A DNA stretch of 64,000 nt from NCBI GenBank assembly GCA_963789395.1, contig CAWBKP010000014.1, positions 160,001 through 224,000 of the forward strand, read 5' to 3'. Positions 1-10,158 of the stretch are shown here, in pieces. Made by a program: the position numbers and the translations under genes. Position 1 is the stretch's first letter; the number at the start of each line of letters is the position of its first letter. The DNA comes from an uncultured delta proteobacterium. Lineage in GTDB: Bacteria; Desulfobacterota; Desulfobacteria; Desulfobacterales; Desulfatirhabdiaceae. Below the pieces are notes generated by a model, which saw only the letters and a program-made list of their open reading frames with translations, was not told where the DNA came from and did not search any database.

Positions 1-38
1 CAGAATTTAAAGGCTTCTTTAAAAGAGACCGTTATCAT

Positions 39-359
39 TTATTTTTCCTCCACCTGGCCGCCGCTGTCTATCCACGCGGCAATGCCGCCTTCAATATACC
101 GGGCGTTGATGTTTTTTTCCGCCAGCCGCTCCGAAACCGATTTGCTGACGGACCCGCCCCGAACGCAGTAGAAGATCACCTCCTGGCCGGCAAGTTCATC
201 CCGCCACGCTTCAACCGCTTCGGGGTTTCGCCAGGCAGCGCCTGGAATTTTATTCGAATCTGTTTCATAATCGGATTTTCGCCGCACATCCAGTATCGTC
301 AGGTTCCGGCGGCTTTCCTTCAACGATTTAAGCTCTTCTGGTGTAATGGTCTTATTCAT
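39..359 (-). CDS. Rhodanese-like sulfurtransferase (ChrE-like)
   Basis: 106 aa from ATG at 359 (MNKTITPEEL). ILDVR, IPGA, FYCVRGG and YIEGGIAAW rhodanese motifs. Overlaps the MFS stop. Confidence 0.85.
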   Translation of the reverse strand: MNKTITPEELKSLKESRRNLTILDVRRKSDYETDSNKIPGAAWRNPEAVEAWRDELAGQEVIFYCVRGGSVSKSVSERLAEKNINARYIEGGIAAWIDSGGQVEEK

Positions 360-1624
360 TTTGAACCTCCATATTGCGTGCAGGCACCGGAACATCGCGG
401 CCGAAGACCGCGAATCCCACGGTACCGATGATCCCGAAAACGAACGCGGTGACAAGGTTCGTCCGCGGACTGATTTGCCATAGAAATGCGCCGCCCAGGG
501 CGGCCACGGCGACAAACACATCCCGGATAAGATAGTAAAGCCCGAACATGCCCGCCTTGCAGCTGTCCGGGGACAGATCCATGATCAGGGATTTGCGGGT
601 GGGCTCTCCAAACTCTTTGAGTCCCCGAAGAAAAAAGGCCGCCACCAGCCACTCGAAGGAGCGGCTGTAAAGAAGCACCAGGGGAAACAGGGTGAAAAAA
701 ACAAAGGTCACGAGAACAAAAGGCTTCTTGGTGCTTCGGTCCGCCATATAGGCAACCGGGATATAGACAAGCACCGCGGTGGCCATCTCGATGGTGGTGA
801 GAAGGCCGAACTGAACGGCGGATACCGGATCGGCGACGGTTTTCATGCACCAGACCACGACAAAGGCATAGGGTATCTGCTCGCAAAAGCGTATCAGGAT
901 GTCGGTCACCAGAAGATTTTTCATGGCCGGATTCATCAGCTGCAGCAGCTTCAACGGGTTTTTTTCAGGTGTCAGGCCGCATGCTTCCTGGGAACGGTTT
1001 TTGTCCGGCGCATCGTCTGCTATCATGCGCTGCTGCAGCAGCAGCGCCGCAACCGCCAGAGCCAGCGCCGCTCCAAAGGCCAGTCTCACCCCCTCTTTTT
1101 CGCCCCACACTGCGATAAAAACACCGCCCAGAAGGGGGCCGAGCGCCATGGGAATGCGGCGTACCAGAGAGTGCATGCTGACTCCCATGGTTCGCTTGTT
1201 CCGGGGCAGCACCTTGTATATAAGACTCAACGTGGCCGGCAAGCGAGATCGCCGACCAGGAGATAAAGAGCACTGCTCCGGCAAGCACTGCCTGCCATGC
1301 GGGGATCAGGATCACCAGGGCAAAGCCGATCATCGCCACCAGATTAAACACCAGGAGGGATTTTTTGGTGCCGATGCGATCGGAGAGATACCCGCCGGGA
1401 AAGCTGTAAAGGGCCGAAAGCAGATTGTCCATGGCCTGCAGCAGACCGATGGCCAGAACGCCGCTTCCCAGGGCCATCATGTAGATGGGAAGAAAGCGCT
1501 CCGCCATGTGCTCGCCCATGCCCACCAGCACCACCATGGCCAGCACCCCGACGGTGCTGCGCCGAAGCCCCAGAAAGCCGGAGATGCCGGCTGTGCGCGT
1601 CTTTATGCTTTCACGGATTGGCAT
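352..1624 (-). CDS. MFS transporter, split by a frameshift near 1250
   Basis: N-half in ORF 965..1624 (GGYLSDRIGTKK, MFS motif A) and C-half in ORF 352..1284 (AYMADRSTKK). Joined they give one multi-TM MFS. Confidence 0.85.
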
Positions 1625-1642
1625 GATGTTTTATCCTATGAT

Positions 1643-2074
1643 TTATTTGCCGGCCACATCCAGTCGGCACCAGGCATACAGGGCATCGTAGACCTCAAAC
1701 TGCGCCGCGATGTTTTGATGATCATCCGGATAGCGAAGGCTATAGCCAACGGCAATGGCCTCGAAACCGGCAGCCAACGGGTCCGCCTCCAGCCGGTCGG
1801 TGTCGGCTGCATTGATAACCCTTGCCATCCGCAACAGGGCCTTGTCGGTCAATTCGTAGTCCGTGATAATCACATCAAAGGTGCAAAGATTTTCCCGGTG
1901 ATGCAGCTTGGCCCCCGGGGTGTCAAAGGGGATGGCGCCTTCCTTTTCAGCGATTTCCAGCACCCTGCTCTTTGGCACAAAAAGAAATTCGGCATCCGAG
2001 TCGACAAACCGGGTAATCAACCAGGGACAGGCGACTCGGTCAACATGAACGTGAGATCGGGTAATCCATTTCAT
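1643..2074 (-). CDS. Chromate resistance protein, ChrB C-terminal domain only (ChrF-like)
   Basis: MKWITRSHVHVDRVACPWLITRFVD...CTFDVII signature. AGGAG RBS. Confidence 0.88.
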   Translation of the reverse strand: MKWITRSHVHVDRVACPWLITRFVDSDAEFLFVPKSRVLEIAEKEGAIPFDTPGAKLHHRENLCTFDVIITDYELTDKALLRMARVINAADTDRLEADPLAAGFEAIAVGYSLRYPDDHQNIAAQFEVYDALYAWCRLDVAGK

Positions 2075-2092
2075 CGGTTTTCTCCTTAATCG

Positions 2093-3079
2093 TTAATCAG
2101 GGCGATTATGCCCCTTTCGTCCTTGGAAATAGGCATACAGATTTTCAAACAACCTGAAACCGTCCTGCATGCGTTGATCGTCATCTGCCTGAGAGGCAAC
2201 CAGGCCGGTTAACAGCGCGTAAAAACCGTCCGTTTCGCTGCGGCCATATTTGGCGTCTTTGAGATCAATGTCGTGAACCACCTCAGCCAAGGGAAGAAGT
2301 GCGCGGTCCGCGATCCGCATGCGTTGAATCATCACCTCAAATGTGCACCGGTCCCCTTCGTGAGTGTATTCCCCGTCGAACATATCGAATCGAATTTCTC
2401 CGGGTTTCGGAGTATAGGGTACACCACCGACGAATTTGAAACCGGCCGATTTATCCACGAAGCGACGGATCAACCAGCCGCAGGCAATACGGTCCACAAA
2501 AACATTTTCCCGCGTCACCCATGTTTTTCCTTTGAGTGCTTCAAATCCTTCTTCGGTGGCCGATTTTGCAGATGGTTCCCCGGCCGCTTGCACCGCAAGA
2601 TTGTTCAGAAGCATTTCGGCTGTTCCCAGTTCAGGCGTCTGATAGAAATCGATGCCTCTTACTTCGTCCAATCTCCGCCGCAATTTTGTCACAAGGGTCG
2701 AGCCATTTATGGCCGAGTCCCCCGCATTTCTCTTTCCGGCGGACCACTCGGTCAGCAGTTGATTGGCCTCCTGGATGATTTTTTCGTAATCCGACTTGCG
2801 GGCGCTTTGGAAGAGCGCAATCACCTGTTTGTCAGTGAGGCCCTCAAGAAATCTGACCTCTGAAATAGACCCGTCCCCGCCGCCCGCGATAATTTCTTTG
2901 AGTATCCAGCTCAGGTCTTCCCGGAACTGATCGGAAATGGGCATGGCGTAAACCGATGGCTTGATCGCCACAGCCCCTACCTGCTGCAGTCGGCGCCAGA
3001 TTTTCACGCGAAGAGCATTGGGTTTGGGCGGGAGCTGGTGAATTAATAGCAACCATTTCAAGGGATCATTGAACGTCAT
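2093..3079 (-). CDS. chrB: Chromate-responsive regulator ChrB
   Basis: N-domain WLLLIHQLPPKPNALRVKIWRRL plus C-domain WVTRENVFVDRIACGWLIRRFVD...CTFE. ATG at 3079 preceded by GGAGG. Confidence 0.9.
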   Translation of the reverse strand: MTFNDPLKWLLLIHQLPPKPNALRVKIWRRLQQVGAVAIKPSVYAMPISDQFREDLSWILKEIIAGGGDGSISEVRFLEGLTDKQVIALFQSARKSDYEKIIQEANQLLTEWSAGKRNAGDSAINGSTLVTKLRRRLDEVRGIDFYQTPELGTAEMLLNNLAVQAAGEPSAKSATEEGFEALKGKTWVTRENVFVDRIACGWLIRRFVDKSAGFKFVGGVPYTPKPGEIRFDMFDGEYTHEGDRCTFEVMIQRMRIADRALLPLAEVVHDIDLKDAKYGRSETDGFYALLTGLVASQADDDQRMQDGFRLFENLYAYFQGRKGHNRPD

Positions 3080-3097
3080 TATTTCCTCCATATCAGT

Positions 3098-3117
3098 TGT
3101 TACAATAAAATGTAACA
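3098..3117. promoter_or_regulatory. Candidate ChrB operator
   Basis: Perfect inverted repeat TGTTACA-N6-TGTAACA just upstream of the chrB RBS. TTGACA on the minus strand at 3130-3135. Confidence 0.6.
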
Positions 3118-3454
3118 TTAGCTACATTTTGTCAAGGGATGTGTCGGACTATCGGGTTCAGGTGTGCACGGTATCAGCATGCAATCCGTACTTGCGTAAC
3201 ATTCACGAAACACAACAAGACGGTCATCCGGAATGAGCATGGAGTACAGAAAACGGGCGCATCAGAGATTTCCGGAACATTATCCGCACTGTGTGACAAT
3301 TGACAGCTGACCGGGTGTCAGACTGGAATAAAGCGAAGAAACAATGGCTTGCAGCGGAACAGGAATTCAGTCGGTTGGGGAAAAATCGTGGCGATGGCGG
3401 GGATGAATCCAGCGATCACCCGCATGTGAGAAAGGCCGGGCAGGAAACTCCTGT

Positions 3455-3497
3455 TGATATCGTGACCGAACATAAAAGCTGTTCAGTCACGATATCA
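3455..3497 (-). terminator. Long hairpin after the DUF362 gene
   Basis: TGATATCGTGACCGAAC / GTTCAGTCACGATATCA 17-bp stem with one mismatch, about 15 nt past the stop. Confidence 0.55.
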
Positions 3498-3511
3498 TTT
3501 CAGACAAACCG

Positions 3512-4846
3512 CTAAACAACCCGGAAAAAAGCATCATCAAATTCGGGCTTGCCCTCATAGCGGCTCATGAAAAAACCGGGAAGCAGGTCCATGCTGCTTT
3601 CAAAGAGGCCAGGATCCGCTTCAATGCCTGCCCGGTGAAGGGCTTTGACGATATCGGCTGTTTTGGGAGGGCAGCCCTTGACCGGAATCATTTCCTGAAT
3701 ATCCGGGTGATCCTTGTTGGCCTTGTACATGCATTTTCCCAGAAGTATGGTTTTTTTCATTCCAGGTGTCGGCTTCATGGCTTTGCCCGTCAGGATTTCC
3801 ACTTCATCCCAGGGTTGGCCCTTCCAGGCAGCGCGAATGGCCGAAAGCACCAGGCCGTTGACACCGGAGCAGTAGGTGCACATGGACAGATCGTATTTCG
3901 GGTAGGAAATTCCCTTGATGCCCATGTTGGCCAGGGGCACGGGCAGGGTATTCATGGGCGTGTTCGAATAATGAAAATCATATTCATGGCGCGATGAAAC
4001 GGCTTCGAGAGTCTCTCCCTTTATCGAAATCGTCGAAAGATCCGTGGGAACGCCTTTTCTGGACGCCGCATGCACCAGATGCGGCACATCGCACGGCGCA
4101 TGCCCCAGCACGGATGCGCCCACCATGTCCGCGGCCAGCGTGTCGGATGAAGCGATCAGAATGTTGCTTCGCCGCATTTTTCCATCAAAGCCGGGGCCGC
4201 GCTCATTCGAGAAGATGCCGTCAATAACGGTCATCATGGGCGGCAGGGGGTCCGCCAGACGCGCCACCATGACATTCAGATCCACCGCGGGGTCCATGCT
4301 GTGGCATTTTTTCCGGGACACCATATCGATGGTCCCTTTCAGGTTTTTGATGCCCAGACTGACAACGGTCTGGTTGTGCGTTTTCAACACCGGAAGATTC
4401 ACCACAAAATCGCTGTCCAGAATCTCGGTGCTGTAGTTCAAATAAAGGCCATCCCCGATGTCCCTTTTTTGAAACGGCCGATCCCACAGATTCACGGTGT
4501 TGACGCCATAACGCTGTTTCAAGGCTTCGTAACCCAGTGTATGAAAGGCATGGTACGGCATTTTGACGTCCCTGGGATCCATGACCACCATACCTTCTCC
4601 GATGGTGATGCGATCAATGCCTTTTTCCTTCAACAGAACCACCATGTCTTCCACAACGCGGGAGGTGGTAATGACGCCCCATTTGGGAATCTGTTCGGCC
4701 CGAAGCCAGAAGGCGATATTGGGCTTTATTAAAACGGCTGCGCCCCGGGGCAGGTGGTCCAAGCCGGAAGAAAGTTCAACCGCTTTTCGAACGGATTCAA
4801 GCGGTTTTTCATAACGGACAATCGCAACACACGACTTCATCACCAA
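3512..4846 (-). CDS. DUF362 domain Fe-S protein
   Basis: VLIKPN, ITIGEG, NLPVLKTH and LGIKNLKG DUF362 motifs. C-terminal CTYC/GKC/GCPP cysteines. Start is 4840-4846. Confidence 0.85.
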   Translation of the reverse strand: MVMKSCVAIVRYEKPLESVRKAVELSSGLDHLPRGAAVLIKPNIAFWLRAEQIPKWGVITTSRVVEDMVVLLKEKGIDRITIGEGMVVMDPRDVKMPYHAFHTLGYEALKQRYGVNTVNLWDRPFQKRDIGDGLYLNYSTEILDSDFVVNLPVLKTHNQTVVSLGIKNLKGTIDMVSRKKCHSMDPAVDLNVMVARLADPLPPMMTVIDGIFSNERGPGFDGKMRRSNILIASSDTLAADMVGASVLGHAPCDVPHLVHAASRKGVPTDLSTISIKGETLEAVSSRHEYDFHYSNTPMNTLPVPLANMGIKGISYPKYDLSMCTYCSGVNGLVLSAIRAAWKGQPWDEVEILTGKAMKPTPGMKKTILLGKCMYKANKDHPDIQEMIPVKGCPPKTADIVKALHRAGIEADPGLFESSMDLLPGFFMSRYEGKPEFDDAFFRVV

Positions 4847-5033
4847 CTTCTCCTTTATCTGAAAGCCCGAAAATCCGCGTCCATTTTCGGGTGTTGTTAT
4901 CTAAGTCATCAACTCAATGAAGTTCTCCGGAAAATCCCTCATGCAAAAAAATATGCTTGAGTTTATGGGATTGACGGATAATAGCCCCGGCAAGTTTAAT
5001 GGGTCAATATAAATTCAGATAAATAAGGGAGGT

Positions 5034-5058
5034 CGCAGGAGAAACTCTGGTCCTGCGA
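5034..5058 (-). terminator. Hairpin after the M24 peptidase gene
   Basis: TCGCAGGA...TCCTGCGA stem just past the stop at 5067. Confidence 0.45.
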
Positions 5059-5066
5059 TGTTCGTT

Positions 5067-6275
5067 CTATACCACGATGATGTTCTGATCAGATACCGTC
5101 AGTTGCTGCAGTCCGTCTGCCGTTAACCGATGCGTGTTTTCGATGCCGACAACGCCTTTTCCCGGAAATATAAGTTTGGGCTCCAGGGCGATGACCATGT
5201 TTTCCTGGAGAAGCATTTTCTGTCCGGCAGCCAGGAACGGGTATTCATCCAACTCCAGGCCCACGCCGTGCCCCACAAAACGGATGCGCTGATCGCCCGT
5301 TCCCATGAAATTCTCTGAATATCCCGCTTCACCGGCAAGTTCAATGGCCATTTCATAAATTCTGCCGGCTGCAATTCCCGGTTTGGCTTCACGGACAATC
5401 GCATCCTGAATCGACAGCATGGCGGCATGGCCCTGAATCAGATCATCGGGAAGCTCGCCAATCGAGAAAATTCGGGTGTGATCCGAAAGATATCCTTTAT
5501 ATGCGAACACATAATCCACAAGAATCGGCTCATGGGCCTTGATGAGGCCGAATCCCGCTCCCTGGGCCACCGCCGCGCCGGCACCCGTTCCGCCGGTGGG
5601 AGATGCCAGATAGCTGGGCACGGCTCCGGATGCACCACACATCAGATGGCCGTAAAACAGCTCGCTTCCCCAAAGCCGCATTCTGACAACGCCCTGATGA
5701 CCCAGTTTTCGTGCATACGCCTCAGCCAGTCCGGCAAGCTCGAGTTCCGTCATGCCTTCTTTGATAGTATCTCTGATATATTCGTCCACCTGATCGGATT
5801 TCAGGGCCGCTTCCCGGATTATTTGAATTTCATAATCGGATTTAATGGCGCGAACCTGACGAATGAAATGCGAAATATCAAATATTCGAGCCTGGTCAAA
5901 GAGGCTCTGAAAGCCCAGATACGTCTGGGCCGGCATCACGTCCATTTCCAGACCCAGTGTTTTTGGAACGGCAAGGCCCATGCTTTTTATTAACTCCGGT
6001 ACCTGCCGGGGGGTGCTGAAGGAAACAATGTTTTGAATCGCAGATTCCGAACGGGCCCGCTCCAGACTTTTGCGAACCATCATCAGCGGATTTCCCTTGG
6101 CTGGAATATACAACTGAGACTGCTGAATGGTTCCGGAAAAATAAAAGAGGTCGGAATTCTGAACGAGGACAGCGCCATCGATTTCGTTTGTTAACAGATG
6201 GAACTGAAGTTCCTCGATTCGATGCCGTATCTCAGTTTCCGGGGTAGTGTCTTCAAATGCAGTATCTGGGACCAT
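5067..6275 (-). CDS. Xaa-Pro aminopeptidase / M24 family peptidase
   Basis: RAIKSDYEI, YLSDHTRIF, GHGVGLELDEYP, LEPK and GIEN metal-binding motifs. Confidence 0.9.
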   Translation of the reverse strand: MVPDTAFEDTTPETEIRHRIEELQFHLLTNEIDGAVLVQNSDLFYFSGTIQQSQLYIPAKGNPLMMVRKSLERARSESAIQNIVSFSTPRQVPELIKSMGLAVPKTLGLEMDVMPAQTYLGFQSLFDQARIFDISHFIRQVRAIKSDYEIQIIREAALKSDQVDEYIRDTIKEGMTELELAGLAEAYARKLGHQGVVRMRLWGSELFYGHLMCGASGAVPSYLASPTGGTGAGAAVAQGAGFGLIKAHEPILVDYVFAYKGYLSDHTRIFSIGELPDDLIQGHAAMLSIQDAIVREAKPGIAAGRIYEMAIELAGEAGYSENFMGTGDQRIRFVGHGVGLELDEYPFLAAGQKMLLQENMVIALEPKLIFPGKGVVGIENTHRLTADGLQQLTVSDQNIIVV

Positions 6276-6462
6276 GGTGTTCCTTTCAAGCAGGGTTGAA
6301 TCGTTTTTGAAGAAAGCCGGCTGTTGAAATTTTCACGGAAAATAGTATGCCGCAGATATAAATCCGATCGCAACATGCCGTGAGAAGATACATTTTCTGG
6401 GGGTGAATGTCCATCAGCTTACAAGAGGTTAAATGGTCTACCTGCAGCCCGTTCCCCATCCC

Positions 6463-7869
6463 TTAACCCGGCATCAGCCCCATGGCTCTCCAGTAAAAAG
6501 AGCTGACAAGAATTCCCGCAATAACAGCGACCGCGAAAAACACACCAGCCATCGTCACCTGGCTATTGGACCACGCCCGTGAATTTGTCACGGAGTCGGC
6601 GATTGCGATGAACGGCTGGTCATAGGCCAGGAAAAAGGAATTTCCCACAGCAATACAAACGACACTGACCAGTACCGGATGAAGTCCGAATTTATGGTAA
6701 AGCGGGATGAATGTTGGAGAAAGGATGGCGAACGTGATAAACCCCTGGGGAACATCAACAAATCGGACGATCCATAACACAACTGTACCCACCAGCAGAA
6801 ATGTCAGGGGCGATCCGGCCAGGGAAAAAATACCGGGCTCAATAATGGGCCTGAACCACTCAGAAATGCCCGACTTTAAAAACATGGCCGTCATGCTCAT
6901 GATTATTGCAAAAAAATTGATGATATCCCAATTCACGCCGGTTGAAATATCAGGCAGCTTGATGATGCCGACGATTATCAGGGCTGCAAAAGCCATCATA
7001 GCCGTCACGGTGGTTGTAATACCCGATATTTGTTCCGTTGAAAAAAGAATTAGCGCGGAAATAAGAATCATTGCGCAGATGATTTCCTGTCTGGTGATTT
7101 TGCCTAATGCCGCATATTGATCCTTGAAAGCCTCTCTGTGCAGCTCAAGGGGTTCGGCTGGTTTAAAGAAGATATAGATGAGAACCAGAAACAGAACCGT
7201 GATCAATAACCAGGGAAATGCCATGTACTGAAACCATGCACCGGGTGTAGCCAGCACTTTCATTTCAGGCGGGTAAAACCCCATCATGAAAATCCCCCAC
7301 AAAGAACCGGTCTGCCAACCGATACCCGGAAAAAGCGCTGTTCCCCATGCCGTAAAACAGATCAGGGCCGAACCTTTGGATCGATCCTCCAGCTTGCAGG
7401 CTTCCACAAGGTTGATGGCAATGGGCATCACAATGACCATTCTTACCATAATGGAAGGCGTCAGCGCCGAAAGGGTAATTCCAATAATGAACCAGCTGAT
7501 ACATATGGTCAAATAGCTTGGCGAAAAGGTCTTCAGAACAAAATAGGTGATCCGTTTCCCAAGTCCTGTTTTGATAAGGGCAAATCCGAAAAAAAGCGCC
7601 GGAACCAAAACCCACACGGCAGGGCTGGTGTATCCTTTGGTGACGATATCCAGCGGCAGTTTAAAAAGGAGGCCGCCTGCAAGCAGGATGGCGCCTCCTG
7701 CAAAAAAAGGCATGCTGTCGGTCTTGAAAATCCAGTAGGCCAGACAAACCAGCGAAACTCCAAGCATGCCATGCCCCTGGGCGGAAAGACCGGAGAAAGG
7801 CTTAGCCGATGCAATGATGATCGCAAGCACGACAAAGGCAAAGATACCCAGCTTTCGTGTGTTACTCAT
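6463..7869 (-). CDS. SLC13/DASS family anion (dicarboxylate/sulfate) permease
   Basis: 468 aa, multi-TM. KTGLGKRI, LTPSxxxR, LGKITRQE and VNWDII are typical of DASS permeases. Confidence 0.85.
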   Translation of the reverse strand: MSNTRKLGIFAFVVLAIIIASAKPFSGLSAQGHGMLGVSLVCLAYWIFKTDSMPFFAGGAILLAGGLLFKLPLDIVTKGYTSPAVWVLVPALFFGFALIKTGLGKRITYFVLKTFSPSYLTICISWFIIGITLSALTPSIMVRMVIVMPIAINLVEACKLEDRSKGSALICFTAWGTALFPGIGWQTGSLWGIFMMGFYPPEMKVLATPGAWFQYMAFPWLLITVLFLVLIYIFFKPAEPLELHREAFKDQYAALGKITRQEIICAMILISALILFSTEQISGITTTVTAMMAFAALIIVGIIKLPDISTGVNWDIINFFAIIMSMTAMFLKSGISEWFRPIIEPGIFSLAGSPLTFLLVGTVVLWIVRFVDVPQGFITFAILSPTFIPLYHKFGLHPVLVSVVCIAVGNSFFLAYDQPFIAIADSVTNSRAWSNSQVTMAGVFFAVAVIAGILVSSFYWRAMGLMPG

Positions 7870-8056
7870 TCATGCATCTTTTTTTAAACGCATATTTTTC
7901 ACCGTCTTGCCATATGGCATACCTTCCTCCGACAAAGCAATCATCGCAACAGCACCCAGGCCTATAATGCAGGAAAAAAATGCTTTTCATCTTTCTCATT
8001 TCTCTCCCCCGTTCTCCACGTCAATCTCATCATCGTGTGGATTCGGGGCCTTTTTG

Positions 8057-9620
8057 TCATTTCGAAAGCAGTTCCCGTAATCTAAAGCGCTGAATTTTGC
8101 CTGTAGCGGTGCGCGGCAATTCTTTAATAATATGAAATTGTCGCGGGCATTTGTAGTGAGCTGTCTTACTTCGAACAAATTCCCTTAATTCGTTTTCCAT
8201 TTCGTCGGATGTCCCATCGCCGTCTCTGGGAACGATAAAAGCCACCGGCTTATCCAAACCCGATTCATTGCTCACGGCGACCACCGCCACTTCATCAACG
8301 GATGGATGCGTCAGCAAAATATCTTCCACCTCTAAAGGAGACAGCCAAATTCCACCGGGCTTGAGCATGTCATCGGCTCGCCCCGCATACCAGTAAAATC
8401 CGTCTTCATCCTGGTAAAACTGGTCACCCGTACAAAACCATTCACCACGAATACATTGTTTTGACTTCTCATGTTTGTTCCAATAGCAAGGCGTTGTCCC
8501 ATCATTTTTCACCCACATCGTGCCGATATCCCCGGTGGCCACCTCCCGTTCATCCCCATCCAGCAGCTTTCCCTCGAAGCCGGGCAGTATTTTTCCACAA
8601 CTGCCATGCCTGACCTTGCCTGGTCGATTTGAAAGATAAATCATTCCGACATCGGTTGAGCCGACACCATCTAAAATTTCAACATTAAAAAGCTCCCGCC
8701 ATCTGTCATATACGACTTTTGGTAACGCTTCCCCGGCCGAAACACACAATCTTACGGAAGACAGGTCCAGCTTTCGCCCGCTTTTTTCCATGAAATTCAA
8801 AAGCGCCCAGTAGGAAGTCGGCACACTGTAATAAAGCGTCGGGTCGGTATTTTTCTATGATGTTCATCACGGTTTCGGGATCGGGTTTTCCCGGATTGAG
8901 AATGACTGCCGAACCCCGGATAGAAGGCGCATCCAGTGAATTGTTTCGCCCGTATGAAAAAAACAGCTTGGAGGTTGAAAAGGATATATCATCCTTGGTA
9001 ATGCCCACGACCTCATCGCAATGGGGAGGCATGTTGTACAGAATGTCATGATGCAGATGCACAACCCCCTTGGGGGTTCCTGTGGTTCCGGAACTGTATA
9101 ACCAAAAGGCCATATCGTCTTTTGAAGTGGGTGCCGCAACCAATTCAGTGGAAGCCTTGGCAATAATATCATAAAAATCGAGCTGTCCGGCTTCTGTCTT
9201 TCCGACAACCACAACATGCTTTAACCACCTCAACTCATTTTTGATTCGGCTGAATATCGGGGCCAGTTCGGAGTTGGTGATCAATACCTTCGCCCTGCTG
9301 TCATTCAAATAGTAAATATAGTCTTGCGGCGGCGCCAACGAGCTCACCGGCACTGCAACCGCCCCCATTTTTATGATGCCGTAATACGCACCAATAAATT
9401 CAGGGCAATCGGGCAAACAAATGATTACTCGGTTTTCCTGTTCAACACCCAGGTCCAGCATCGCGTTTCCAGCCCGGTTCGCCATCTCCCAAACTTGCGC
9501 CCAGGTTATCACTTGATCCTGATAATAAATAGCGACGCGATGGCCTCGACCTTCTTCTATATGCCGGTCCAGCATAAACGAAGCGATGTTAAACTGATCG
9601 GGAATTTGTTTTAACTCCAT
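8057..9620 (-). CDS. Benzoate-CoA ligase family aryl-CoA ligase, frameshift near 8840
   Basis: FWLYSSGTTGTPKG P-loop, SKLFFxYG, SAGEALP, TGD, GRADDMLK and LPRTATGKIQR. Split over ORFs 8706..9620 and 8057..8824. Confidence 0.88.
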
Positions 9621-9814
9621 TTTGATTATCCTCCCCCTCCTTTGGTTTAGCCAGGACGTTGCAATTGTTAGTTTATTTAAAAGCCATTTTTCATCAAACG
9701 CGTCCGAACTTCATTTACTTAAAAAACAGTATTCGTGTGGACATGAGAAAGGCACGGCCGGAAAAAAGACCGGTTTGAGGTCGATGGGTCACTTCCAACC
9801 AGAAATCGAAAATT

Positions 9815-9879
9815 ATTCAGTTCGCTGAACGAATATAATGTTCGGAAATTAAAATCAAGAAAAAAATGAATGGAAATCA
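9815..9879 (-). promoter_or_regulatory. Promoter/operator of the aryl-CoA ligase operon (homologous to 20874-20938)
   Basis: 59/65 ungapped identity to the TRAP promoter. Contains a TTCG-N5-CGAA palindrome. Confidence 0.7.
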
Positions 9880-10158
9880 GAAAATTCTATCTATAACAAA
9901 TTTTGGAGAAATTCCTTATTCGTTCGATAACCCCGAATGGGAGCAATGGATGAATCGGATTCAAATCCAGATCTCCCCTCCAAAGCCGTAAGAACAGAAA
10001 ATATTTTCTGAATAGCTGTGGTTCCAGTGCTTATTCAGCATATCATGCTGAAAACCGTTTTACTTTCACCATAATGCAATTGTTGATTTTTATCTCAGAA
10101 TGTGGTTCTTTCAGCAGGAAATAATATCGATGTTTCTTAAACGGACACTTCGCATCAT

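Noticed and set aside
899..2089. 396-aa plus-strand ORF
   Set aside because: Antisense shadow of the MFS and ChrF-like genes, with no recognisable motifs.
3230..3515. 71-aa ORF between chrB and the DUF362 gene
   Set aside because: TTG start without an RBS, runs through a hairpin, no family recognised. At most a gene remnant.
10034..10052. Palindrome TTCAGCAT-ATC-ATGCTGAA upstream of the IclR
   Set aside because: Single occurrence with no second copy found, so no function can be assigned.
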